NCBI RefSeq assembly: GCF_963921235.1
Contig: NC_086108.1
Span: 13,950,001-14,014,000 of the forward strand
DNA: 64,000 nt
Reading direction: 5' to 3'
Origin: Mobula hypostoma
Taxonomy: Eukaryota
Shown here: positions 51,801 through 63,657 of the stretch, in pieces
Position numbering within the stretch: position 1 is the stretch's first letter
How the letters are laid out: each line of letters begins with the position of its first letter
Made by a program: the position numbers and the translations under genes
The notes under the pieces: generated by a model
What the model saw: the letters and a program-made list of their open reading frames with translations, nothing else
Database searches by the model: none
What the model was told of the DNA's origin: nothing

Positions 51801-52941
51801 TCGGACTTCAACTACTGCAGAGTCTTGTCATCTTCAGAAGTTTTTGGATGACCCTGCCATAGTTGGATGCATCAGCAAGGGAGATGAGGTTGAGTACAGG
51901 GCTACGGTAGGAAACTTTGTCACATGGTGTCACCAGAATTATCTGCAGCTTAATGTGAAAAAGACTAAGCAGCTGGTGGTAGACCTGAGGAGAGCTAAGG
52001 TACCGGTGACCCCTGTTTCCATCCAGGGGGTCAGTGTGGACATGGTGGAGGATTACAAACACCTGGGGATACGAATTGACAATAAACTGGACTGGTCAAT
52101 GAACACTGAGGCTGTCTACAAGAAGGCTCAGAGCCGTCTCTATTTCCTGAGGAGACTGAGGTCCTTTAACATCTGCCTGACGATGCTGAGGGTGGTCTAT
52201 GAGTCTGTGGTGGCCAGTGCTATCATGTTTGCTGTTGTGTGCTGGGACAGCAGGCTGAGGGTAACAGACACCAACAGAATCAACAAACTCATTCGTAAGG
52301 CCAGTGATGTTGTGGGGATGGAACTGGACTCTCTGACGGTGGTGTCTGAAAAGAGGATGCTGTCCAAGTTGCATGCCATCTTGGTCAATGTCTCCCATCC
52401 ACTACATAATGTACAGGGTGGGCACAGGAGTACATTCAGCCAGAGACTCATTCCACCGAGATGCAGCACAGAGTGTCATAGGAAGTCATTCCTGCCTGTG
52501 GCCATCAAACTTTACAACTCCTCCCTTGAAGGGTCAGACACCCTGAGCCAATAGGCTGGTCCTGGAATTATTTCATAATTTACTGGCATAATTTACATAT
52601 TACTATTTAACTATTATGGCTCTATTACTATTTATTATTTATGGTGCAACTGTAACAAAAACCAATTTCCCCCGGGATCAATAAAGTATGACTATGACTA
52701 TGACCATGACTATGACTATGACTATTAGGAAAGAGGAGTTAGAATACACGGTAATTATGGGAAAGATTGAAGGGAAGAAAGCAAGAGGAAGACAAAGACA
52801 AAGACAAATGATGATGGAGACAGCAGCCAGAGAATTGGAAGTGAATACCAATGAATTGATCCACTTGACCCGAAACAGGAGAGTATGGGCCATGGCAGTC
52901 AAAGCTCAAACTGGGTATGGCACCCGATGATGATGATGATG
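48819..52941 (+). mobile_element. RTE-clade LINE, 5'-truncated, frameshifted
   Basis: TSD ACAGTATAGGAA (48807-48818 and 52942-52953); EN ILGISEVHW..QVYAPT..NQIDFI; RT RTISLMSH, RQGC, RYADDTVL; (GAT)n tail. Confidence 0.95.
51375..52724 (+). mobile_element. Rex1/Babar LINE 3' part inserted in the RTE
   Basis: TGAPQGTVLSPFLFTIYTSDF; QSRLYFLRRLRSFN; AATAAA followed by (GACTAT)n tail; RTE frame resumes (FIGHV|IRKEELE). Confidence 0.92.
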
Positions 52942-53157
52942 ACAGTATAGGAATAAGGTGGATGATCTTGTAGTGCAGGTGTGATGTGGGCATCACTGAG
53001 TCGTGGCTGTAAAAGATCATAGCTGGGAGCTAACATCTGAGGATACACATTGTATCGAAAGCACAGGCAGCTAGGCAGAGTGGGTGGGATGGTGCTGATG
53101 GTAAAAAATGAAATCAAATACTTAGAACGAGGTGACATAGGATAGGAGGAAAATGTA

Positions 53158-53880
53158 GAATCATAGAACATAGAACAGTACATTACAGGAACAAGCCCTT
53201 CAGCCCACAGTGTTAAGCTGAACCAACTAAAAAGTAAATTAAAAAAACCCAAATTCTAATCCTTCCTACTTACCCAATGTCCATATCCCTCCATCTTCCT
53301 CATATTCAGGTGCCTATCTAAAAAGCCTCTACTGTATCTGCCTGTACTACCATACCAGGCAGTGTAGTCCAGGTATTCACCACTCTGAGTAAAATACTTA
53401 CTCCTCACATCCCCTTTGAACCTACCCCCTCTCACCTTCAATGCATGCCCCCTAGTAATATGCATTTCAACCCTGGGAAAAAGAAACTCCCTGTCTACTC
53501 TGTCTATGCCTCCCATAATCTTATAACCCTCTATTAGATCTCCCCTCAGCCTCTACTGCTCCAGAGAAAACAACCCAAGTTCATCCCGTCTCTCATGATA
53601 GTACGTGTCCTCTAAACCAGGCAGCATCCTTCTGCACCCTCTCCAAAGCCTCAACATCCTTCCTAGAGCGGAGCGACCGAACTGTACACGATTGGCCTAA
53701 CTAGGGTTGTGAAGTTGCAACATAACCCCTTGACTTTTGAATTTAGTGCCTTGACTAATAAGAGCAAGCATTCCATAAACTTTCTTAACTGCTCTATTGA
53801 TCTGTGTAGCCACTTTCATGGAGCTAAGAACTTGGATCCCAAGATCTCTGCTCAGCAACATGTTAAGGATCTTATCCTTA
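53158..53880 (-). mobile_element. CR1 3' end
   Basis: GIDRVDREFLFPRVE..TRGHALKVRGG; (TTCTA)-type tail. Confidence 0.85.
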
Positions 53881-53919
53881 ACTTTGGACAGTCTCCTATC
53901 AAGGTGCAACACCGCACAT

Positions 53920-55185
53920 TTATCTACATTGGTCATGGGATTGAGTTCAAGTGCTGTGAGGCAATGTTGCAGCTATATCTTATTTAGACCCCACATGGAG
54001 TACTGTGTTCAGTTATAGTGTAGCCCCCTGGCAAGCCTCAGGGTCGCTCAGCTCGCTGTCGTCGAGGGAAACAGCCCTCAGCCCCGCCAAACTTGGTAAT
54101 AAAGTTTGTGTGGATGCTGTGTGATGTATCCCACCCTGCCAAATAACAGACAATTCACCATATACAATTAAATGAATTACAGTTTATAGATATTACTGGA
54201 ACTATATAATTAATAGAGATAAAAGAAAAAGAAAATAAAAGGTATCACACTTATCAAAGTTCAATCTCTTCTTCCACAACAGTTGGAGCTCTAGTAACGA
54301 TCCTCACTTCACCATTCGATCCCCCCTGACCACCTCGACCCGCCGTCTGGGACCAAACACGAGTCTGTCTCCGTCTCCTCTCCTCGCCGAAGACCCTGGA
54401 CCTCGGACTCCTGTTCAGGGTCCGACCCCGTTAGCCAGCTCACAGCACCTTGTCCATTCTCTCCCTCTCTCTTGCGCCTTCTGCCCAAAAACCCACACAT
54501 CACAATAACTTACAGACACACTAGAAAGAATAACATCTATCCCAATTGGTTCGTTTGCTCTCTTAACGATAATATAACCTAAACAAGCTGTTAGTGAGAG
54601 AACTTTCTCAGCAGTTAACATAACAAAGAAGTCATTTTAATTAGCCTACGCAGTAACATAAAAGAAGAAACCCCTTACACTAGTCACCTCACTACAGGAA
54701 GGATGTGGTTACTGTAGAGAGTGCAGAGAAGATTTACAAGAATGTGGTCTGGATTGGAGAGTGTGTCTTATGAGAATAGATTGAGTGAACTTGGCCTTTT
54801 CTCCTTGGAGTGATGGAGGATGAGAGGTGACCTGATAGAGGTGTACAAGATTATAAGAGGCATTGATTTGTGTGGATAGTCAGGGACTTTTTCCCAGGGC
54901 TGAAATTGCTATCAGAAGAGGGCACAGTTTTAAGGTGCTTGGAAGTAGGTACAGAGGGATGGCAGAGTTTTTCCACACAGAGTGGTGGGTGCATGGAACA
55001 CACTGCCAGTGATGGTGGTAGAGGCCAGTACAATAGAATCTCTTAAGAGATTCTTAGATAGTTACATAGAGCTTAGAAAAATAGAGGGCTATGTGGTAGG
55101 GAAATTCTATGTAGTTTCTAGAGTAGGTTACATGGTCAGTACAACACTGTGGGCCGAAAGGCTTACAAATTTCTACGTTCTATGT
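53920..55185 (+). mobile_element. CR1 3' end interrupted by a solo LTR
   Basis: RPHMEYCVQ before the LTR; SPHYRKDV-type sequence after it; similar to 13560-14130. Confidence 0.85.
54019..54679. mobile_element. Solo LTR (661 bp)
   Basis: Termini TGTA...TACA; 4-bp TSD ATAG/CTAG (one mismatch); CR1 host sequence rejoins across it. Confidence 0.8.
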
Positions 55186-55233
55186 AAACTCCACCTGCCA
55201 CTTCTCAGCCCAAAGTTGCAACTGATCTATATC

Positions 55234-56030
55234 ACACCGAAGAGAAGTATTCATTGAGGACCTCGCTCACTTCCACAGCCTCCAGGCACATCTTCCCACC
55301 TTTATCTCTAATCGGTCCTACCTTCACTCCTGTCATCCTTTTTTTCTTCACATAATTGAAGAATGCCTTGGGGTTTTCCTTTACCCTACTTGCCAAGGCC
55401 TTCTCATGCCCCCTTCTTGCTCTTCTCAGCCCCTTCTTAAGCTCCTTTCTTGCTTCCCTATATTCCTCAATAGACCCAGCTGATCCTTGCTTCCTAAACC
55501 TCATGTATGCTGCCTTCTTCCACCTGACTAGATTTTCCACCTCACTTGTCACCCATGGTTCCTTCACCCTACCATTCTTTATCTTCCTCACCGGGACAAA
55601 TTTATCCCTAACATCCCGCAAGAGATCTCTAAACATTGACCACATGTCCATAGTACATTTCCCTGCAAAAACATCCCAATTCACACCCGCAAGTTCTCGC
55701 CTTATAGCCTCATAATTTGCCTTTCCCCAATTAAAAATGTTCCTGTCCTCTCTGATTCTATCCTTTTCCATGATAATGCTAAAGGCCAGGGAGCGGTGGT
55801 CTCTGTCCCCCAGAAGCTCACCCACTGAGAGATCTGTGACCTGACCCGGTTCATTACCTAGTACTAGATCTAGTATGGCATTCCCCCTGGTCGGCTTGTC
55901 CACATACTGTGACAGGAATCCATCCTGGACACACTTAACAAACTCTGCCCTATCTAAACCCTTGGAACTAATCAGGTGCCAATCAATATTAGGGAAGTTA
56001 AAGTCACCCATGATAACAACCCTGTTATTT
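55234..56030 (-). mobile_element. CR1 ORF2 segment with an uninterrupted frame (EN C-terminal half and linker)
   Basis: VVIMGDFNFPNIDW..PTRGNAILDLVL..EPWVT..KENPKAFF in ORF 55232-56095. Confidence 0.92.
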
Positions 56031-57731
56031 TTCCCTTGGTCCCTTCTTAAACAAAGGTTTAATATTAGCCAATTGCCAATTCTGCAGGACCTCACCTACT
56101 CCTGGAGAGGACACAAAGATACTGGTCAAGGCCCCAGCAATCTTGTCTCTTGCCTCCGTCAGTAACCTGGGGTAAATCCCATCAGGCCCGCAGACCTCTC
56201 CATCTTAATACTCATTAGGAGACCCAACACTTTCTCCTCTTTGATCTCTAAATGCCCTAACATATTTATGCACTTTGCACTGATATTCTGGTCCTCCCTG
56301 AGCTCTTCCTTGCTAAAAACTGAAGCAAAGTACTCATTGAGTACCTCCCTCACATTCTCGACAAAGAAGCAAATGTTCCCCTCTTTATCCTTGAGTGGTC
56401 CTACCCCCTCCCGAGTTATTCTCTTGCTCTTGATGATCATCAGGATAAAGTTATCAAACCGCAAGGGTAAAAAAACTGTTGACAGTTATATTCAGGCCAC
56501 TGAACAGTAGCTAGGATGTGAGATACAAATTACATAGGAGACAGATAATGCATGTAGAAAGGACAGTGTTGTGATAATCATAGGGGATTTCAATGCAGGT
56601 AGATTAGGAAAATTAGGTTGGTGCTGGATTCCAAGAGAGTGAATTTGTAGAATGCCTACAAGATGGCTTTTTAGAGAAGCTTGTGCTGAACCCACTAGGA
56701 GGGTGGCAATTCTGGATTGAGTGTTGTGAAATGACCCAGATTTGATTAGGGCGTTTAAGATAAAGAAACGCTTAGGAAGCAGAGATAGAATTATCTTGCA
56801 GATTGAGAGGGAGAAGCTGAAGTCAGCTGTATTAATATTACAACGGAGTAAAGAGAGGAGATGCATGAGGGAGAACATGGCCAAAGTCGATTGAGTCATA
56901 GAAAAGTACAGCACAGCAACAGTTCTTTGAGTCCATCTTGACCATACCAACCCATTTAAACTGCCTAGTCCCATCAACCTGCACTTGAGTCCACACCCAT
57001 TCTAAACATGTACCTATTCGAACTTGAAAATGTTGAAGTTGAACTTGCATGCACCACTTGTGCTGGCAGCTTGTTCCACACTCTCACCACCCTCTGAATG
57101 AATTAGTTTCCTCTCATGTTCCCCTTAAATTTTTCATCTTTCACCCTTATTCAATAACCTCCAATAGTCCCACTCAACCTCAGTTGAAAAAGCCTGCTTG
57201 CATTACCCTATACACACCCTCATAATTTTGTATACCTCTATCAAATCCCCATCAATCTTCTATGTTTCAAGGAATAAAGTCCTAACCTATTCAATCTTTC
57301 CTTATAACTCAGGTCCTCCAGTCCCGGCAACATTCTTGTAAATTTTCTTTGTACTCTTTCAATCTTATACATTTTTCCTCAAGATAGGTGACAAGAACTG
57401 CATGCAATAAACCAAATTAGGCCTCACCAACATTTTATACAACTTCAATAACATCCCATCTCCTGTACCAAATACTGTACTTTGATTTATGAAAGCCAAC
57501 GTGCCAAAAATTTCTTTACAACCCCTACCTGTGTTGCCATCTTCAGCAAATTCCAGGTCCCTTTGTTCTACCACAACCCTCAGTGGCCTACCATTCACTG
57601 TGTAAGACCCATCCTGGTTGGTCCTACGAAAGTACGACAATTCGCACTATTCTGCATTAAATTTCATCTGCCATTTTTTCCAGATGGTCCAGGTCCTGCT
57701 GCAAAATTTGATAGTCTTCATCGTGTCCACT
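56030..57731. mobile_element. Stacked CR1 fragments (- 56030-56430; + 56435-56890; - 56893-57731)
   Basis: EVLNEYFASVF; IIGDFN; LYKMLVRPNLVYCMQF. Confidence 0.8.
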
Positions 57732-57808
57732 TGTCAAATGGGAGAGCAGATTTGAGGAGCCAATGAGTGAAACAAGACACACAAATTTAAAAATCGGTAT
57801 TTGAGGTA

Positions 57809-59362
57809 CAGGTTTCCCCCGCCATCCGAAGGTAGAGCGTTCCTATGAAACAGTTCGTAAGCCGAAATGTCATAAAGCGAAGAAGCAATTACCATTTATT
57901 TATATGGGAAAAATTTGTGAGCGTTCACAGACCCAAAAATAACCTACCAAATCATGCCAAATAACACATAAAACCTAAAATAACAGTAACATATAGTAAA
58001 AGCAGGAATGATATGATAAATATACAGCCTATATAAAGTAGAAATACTTTATCACAATCATTACTGAACTTGCTCTCCGTAGCAAAAATCTCGCGCAAGC
58101 GCCGTCAGCAGAAAATCTCACGCAAGCGCTGTTAGCAAAAACGCGGCGCAAGAGCTCTCCAGTAACCTTTAAGCTATGAAGCTGCCAAATCATACCAAAT
58201 AACACGTAAAAATACACAGCCGATATAAAGTAGAAATAATGTATGTACAGTGTAGTATCACTTACCGAAAATTGGGACAGCTTGCCGAGCACACTGATGA
58301 TGGTGTGTTAGACTGAGTCGTCGCAGGTTGGGTGGTGCAGTGGCCCCCACACTCCAGGCCGCCGACAGATACCGAACCGTGAAGCATGCAGGGGTCCAGC
58401 GGTAGCCGGGAGGCACACAGCACATCTTTAAGAAAAAAGCCGAAATAAGCATGCTAATTAATTATGTGTCGGGCGGCACCTAATTAATTAGCATGTTTAT
58501 TTCGGTTTTTTTCTTAAAGATGTGCTGTGTGCCTTCCGGCTACCGCTGCATTCTCCGCGAATTGCGGGGTGGTGGGACACTGGGGTGTCATCTCGTTGTC
58601 TGTTTCCATTACAGCAGGCAGCTCATCTTCTCCGATGACTGCCTGCCTCGATGTCGAAGATCAAGGTTCGTCGTCTGCTGTGGCTGATGCGGAAGGCTTG
58701 CTTGACTGCTGAGCCTCGCACATTTTTCTATCATACTGTTCTTTGTAAGCACTCAAACCATCCTGCAAATATCCCCTAAACCTACATACCCTTTCAAAAT
58801 TAAAGTCGTACTTTATCATTGCAGTGAAAATCTCACGCAGTCACTTTCGGTCCGTTCGCTACTGCATTCGGTTTCAATTGTTATCCTTTCCTCTTCCAAT
58901 TGCATCAGCTCTTCATCTATCAGTTCTTGGTCATGGGATGCCAAAACCTCTTCAACATCATCTTCGTCAGCTTCGACAAGCCAAATTCACTTAGTCCTTA
59001 CTTCGTTCACCACGATCAAAACGCTTAATTATGTCTAGTTTTACGCTAAGTGTAACACCCTTACGAGCTCTTTTAGGCTTTTCCAATTCCTTAGAACTCA
59101 TCTTGCTAACGGCTGCTCACAGGCACATGTTTAAGCAATGCCAGTGAGAATGCAGTTCTGAATCCGGGGGAGAGCGGCTGCTCGGGACGCGCGCGCTGCC
59201 TTTTATCGCGCGCTGATTTTTTCACGTGCTGATTTTCCCTGCGCGCTGCTTTTTCTCGTAACAGTGAAAACACCTTCTGAAAGCAAAATCTGGGTACTAA
59301 TGTAGGTCTTTTATAATAGTGAGGTTTCGTAAAGCGAATGTTCGAAAAGCAGGGGACACCTG
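57809..59362 (-). mobile_element. Tigger/pogo-like non-autonomous DNA transposon
   Basis: TA TSD; imperfect TIRs CAGGTTTCCCCCGC / GCAGGGGACACCTG; transposase C-terminal remnant EADEDDVEEVLASHDQELIDEELMQLEEE on the minus strand. Confidence 0.88.
58397..58548. repeat. Near-perfect ~70-bp-arm palindrome inside the Tigger element
   Basis: CAGCGGTAGCCGG..CTAATTAATTA / TAATTAATTAG..CCGGCTACCGCTG with an ~8-nt loop. Confidence 0.92.
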
Positions 59363-59989
59363 TATTTTAGAAATGAACAGCGAAACTCTAAATCGCACAT
59401 CTAGCTACCCAAAACGAGTACACTGTACGTTCAGTTTTACCCTTTAAATGAAACTCTACTAAACCCCAACGATTTATAAAACCCAAGAAGTAAGCATGCT
59501 ACAAACAGATGCTTAACTTAACAAACCGCGGGGGCCCCCATCTATGTCTGCAATACTCTTTCTCAGCGGTCCTTCAGGACTGGTCACAAATTCAGCCTGA
59601 GGTTAGACCCCGTGGGTGGCAGGAAAGAAAGAGAGCGAACCCTCAACACATGCTGCCTTTTATAGCCCTAAGGTGCCCAGAACCGGAGATGGGCTCTGTT
59701 GCACCCACAAACCAACCAATGGGAAAAAAGCATTGCAAACTTTAAACAGACCAATCAGCACGATTGAAGCGGTTTTCGAGCAGAATAGGCTGCACCCTCC
59801 AGAGGACACATCACCCCTGGAAAGTCACAAATTTCATGACAACTGTCCTCAGGTTAGTAAAACTCCCGTAGATGCCCCATTAAACTACAGACATAAGACA
59901 GAAGTATAACATCGGTATTATAAGTCCAATAGTTACAGGCCAGTACATTATTATAGTCCACCAACTCCCGTCCCCGTGCCCTGAAAGCT

Positions 59990-61100
59990 CACCAACTTTC
60001 CCCTGGAGTGTAATGGCTATGGAACTGATCTCCTACTTTCATAGTTTAATGTGATCAGCCAAATGAGTGATGTTCCCCGACTCATCAGGAATGTGGGTGC
60101 AGCATTCTTGACCAATAACTGCACAAGTGTCACCTTTCTCTGCGAGCAGGTAATCTAAAGCCATCCGATTCTGTACGGCAACCATTCGAACAGCTACCCA
60201 CCTCAGCCGAAATCTGGGTTAACGCTTCCTCAGTATCTCTGAGAGCTAGGGCCATCTCGTTAGCCAACGTTTCCATTGCAGAGGCCATGCATATAATTTC
60301 CCGGGACAGCCTAGCAGGGAAAGGCTATCATCCAGAACCGTTCTGCCTCCATAAGAGCCCTCTTTGTACGCCGACCAACACAGGCAGGGAATTCACCTGG
60401 AGCACCGAGGTGGTGTATGAACGGCATAACGTATCCCGGATGGCAACAACCATCCCATCCATCAGAAGCCGCCGGGAGGCCCGAGAGCCACATTTCCAGT
60501 AAGTGCCATTTAGCGTCCATGGAGTACCTACCACTCGGTATACACACAACCATCCCCAGGTACCTTTCCCGCACGTACTCACTGTACCCCACTGACTGGT
60601 TTGACCTGTGCTCATCATACCGTCTGTATCAACGTTCCTTTCCCTTCCCCGTCGGAAGAGTTGAGACCTTGGAATTAAACAAATTACTTACTCCACCAGG
60701 AGTTACGAAGGCCCAAGTTCCTTAAAGCTGTTGCCATACTATGGGTGCAAATGTGAGGAAATCTGCAGATGCTGGAAATTCAAGCAACACACACAAAATG
60801 CTGGTGGAACGCAGCAGGCCAGGCAGCATCTATAGGAAGAGGTACAGTCGACGTTTTGAGCCGAGACCCTTCGTCAGGACTAACTGAAAGAAGAGATAGT
60901 AAGACATTTCTTATCATCGAAAGGGATTGATTTTAATAGTTTCATTGTTCGGCAAACAAATCCGGCAGTCTGACACATTGGTCCTATTTGCATATTCATA
61001 CGCCATTGGCAGGGACGTGTTGTAGGATCGCCCACCTCAATGGCACCAATTTCCAACACTTTGCCATTCTGTAATGTACAGCAAACACATGCTCACTCTC
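59990..61100 (-). pseudogene. env: Retroviral envelope (gamma-type SU/TM), disrupted and truncated
   Basis: NTSLPMAYEYANRTNVSDCRIC (CXXC); furin site RRTKR; immunosuppressive domain QNRMALDYLLAEKG; CAVIGQECC (CX6CC). Confidence 0.9.
60748..60908 (-). mobile_element. Penelope-like terminal fragment inserted in env, with a G12-mutated hammerhead (60846-60881)
   Basis: Matches 20001-20110; AGTC-CTGACGA-AGGGTCTCGGCTC-AAAAC-GTC-GACT. Confidence 0.85.
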
Positions 61101-61369
61101 CCTTAGTTAATCATCTCATTCCCGGTTCTCCCGGACGGCGCGCTACGATCTCACCCCCCCCCCCACCACCCGGTCCAGGAGCCCTTTGTGGTTGTTGTAC
61201 CCAAACCTTCCCTGATCCCTCCTCTAACTCAAACCTCCTCTCACTCGGGGGTGGGGGGGGGGTGGTCAGACACCGCTAAGTGCGAGGACATCAGGGACCC
61301 GCTTGGACTTACCAGCCGGGAGTTCAGGTAGCACTCCCAGCCACCCCTGAAGGGTGTGGGCAGCAGTCA

Positions 61370-62900
61370 GCAGCTCACCCCGCCAGGACCTTTCTTGGCC
61401 CGGTCTGCGACATACCATTTCCATTTGATGATCGAAGACCGTTGGGCACGGCCTCTTTGTGAGTTGCATTGTCAGATTTTACCCACTGTATGATGGGGCG
61501 ATGCAGTCGTCTCACAACTTGCCTGATGTTCAGTGGCCCGTAAAGCCAAAAGAACAGGCCAGTAACTGCCTCTCAAAGGAGGTGTAAAGGGTCGCTGCCT
61601 CGGGGAGAGTCTTAGTCCAAAACCCTAAGGGCATGGGACACTCCTTCAAAGCCTGCTACAGGCTCCGCGCAGCCTCCCGAGGAGTAGCAGAAACCTACAG
61701 CTCAAAGGGTACCCCACTGTGTCACGGGGCTACTGGAAGAGCCTGTTCCACGGCCTGCTTGGCAGCCTCAAAGGCCGCCTGCTGTTCGGAAATCGGTCTT
61801 TTTGTGGGAAACCTGATATAGGGGCGTAATATCATTGTCAGATGGGGTAAATGTTGGTGCCGGTACCCCAGGAGTCGGACAAAATGCTGTGACTTCTCCT
61901 TAGCGGTGGGGCGGCAATATTCTAAATCTTACTCTTAGCCATTTCGGGTATCTCCTGCTGCTCAGAATGCCATTGTATTCCCAGGAGCAGAATATTCTGA
62001 CTGGGACCCTGTATCTTACTGGGGTTAATGGACCACCCCTGATCCCTCAGGGAGGTAACGAAGTCACCTAATGCTTGCTGCACTGCCTCCTGCGAGGGCC
62101 CCTGTAACAACACGTTGTCTATGTGGTGAGACACAGAGACACTAGGATCTAACTGTATCTCCTGTAAGTGGGACATGTGGACATACCCCTGGGGGAGGCA
62201 GCAGAAAGTGACCTTCCCATGTAAAGGCAAACTGGTCCTGCTATTCGGGACTCAGGGGAATGGAGTAAAAGGCATTGGCCAATTCCACTACTGCATACCA
62301 ATGCTTCCTCCTTCTACCCCCTATGTCCTCAGTGAGGGTAACAGCACTTGTGAGGGGCTGTTTATCCAATTGTCGATAATCGACCATCAAGCACCATGTC
62401 CCAACTCCCTTCTGCTCTGGCCACACCGGACTATTATAAGGAGGCACGACAGGGTGAATGACTCCCTCACGTGATAGAGCTTGTACAGTCTCCCAAATCT
62501 CTTTGGTGCCTCTTGGGATCTGGTATTGTTCGGTGTTGACGTCTTTCAATGGGAGAGAATCACCAACACTCCCACTTAGCCAATCCCACCAACACCTTCG
62601 CCCGGGCCACCCCAAAGGAAAAATTGCCCTTAGATCTGCCCCTCAACACATTCATGCCCAGAATACATACAGGAGATGCTGCACCTCAGACAATCATGGG
62701 TCCTGTTCTGAGGGCTACCCACAAAGTAACCTCCCAGGCAGGAAGAAGGTAACCCCTCAAGCCGTCTATGGTAACCCAGAGACACTGCCAAATGTCAGGA
62801 TTACCCAGAATGAGTGCATGCCCGGCGCTGGTATCTACCAGTGCCGTCCATCACTGCACATTCCCCTCACCCCAATGCATCACAATAGGTATGTAAGGCC
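61370..62900 (-). pseudogene. pol: Class III (ERV-L/S-like) protease-RT-tether, frameshifted; RNase H and most of integrase absent
   Basis: PR: VMHWGEGNVQ*WTALVDTSAG; RT: PYNSPVWP..WCLMVDYRQL..LANAFYSIPL..TFCCLPQGY..HHIDNVLLQG; tether: AQRSSIIKWKWYVADRA. Confidence 0.9.
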
Positions 62901-63657
62901 CTGAGTGCCCCCAGCAGGGAAAGGGCAGGCAAGCATAACCACCAGGAGTCCTGACCACACCCCAACAGGAACGAGACAGGGGCACGCCACCCATGGGTGG
63001 GCACCCACTGCTGCTGGAGGTCAGCTGTGGCCCTTTACAATGACTCCAGCACAGGATATATGGAATCCTGACCTTCAGACGTGGAAACTGGGGCTTGATC
63101 AGGCAAGCTTCTGTCCGAGGAGAGGTTAGATAATGAGACCCCTCTCTTGGCTTTTGTAATGGGAGCCCACTGGTGGAGGTTCTTAGATCCTCCCCCTACT
63201 GTGCTCCATTCCACCAGGGCTTTAAATCCCATTCATGGAGGGGAGCATACCTGACCATAACTGCAGCTGCCACTCATTCCCATAGCACTAAATTTGCCTC
63301 CTGGGAACCTCAGGGCATTATTAATCATATGTTGAAATGATAAGCCCCTAAAATACCCATCTCTGCACTAGATAGGGTCACTCCTGTACATCCCTCATCC
63401 CATATCCTCACATCTTCGTGGCCAGAGACTCCACAGACCTCTGCCTGTACCGATCTGCTAATTCCATCAATTCCTTAGCGGAGAACTCCCTGGTCACTGT
63501 GATCACTGTACTACGACTGACCCATTCGTGACCAACCTCCTTGACCTCTGGAGTGGGAGAGGCTGCTTGCCGAGTATAGAACCACGTGGTCACTGGCCTG
63601 GCCTATAAGGACTTCAGTGTGGGCAATCTTTTCAAGAGGAAATCCCAGAACTCCACT
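62900..63657 (-). pseudogene. gag: ERV gag remnant
   Basis: REFSAKELMELADRYRQRSVESL resembles ERV-L-type gag; lies directly upstream of the protease. Confidence 0.65.

Larger units (their letters stand above)
57732..59955 (-). mobile_element. 3' LTR of the endogenous retrovirus (~670 bp net of the Tigger insertion)
   Basis: Left end TGT abuts a truncated CR1; minus-strand TATA GGCTATAAAAGG at ~59657-59668; CCAAT motifs at ~59716 and ~59751; preceded on the minus strand by purine-rich GGGAGTTGGTGGAC. Confidence 0.65.

Noticed and set aside
52640..52670. Immunoglobulin RSS nonamer ACAAAAACC
   Set aside because: It lies in the Rex1/Babar 3' UTR with no heptamer at 12/23 spacing; no V, D or J segments were seen, and scattered CACAGTG motifs lack nonamers
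59990..61100. Domesticated syncytin-like env
   Set aside because: Frameshifts, stops, a Penelope insertion and no clear membrane anchor
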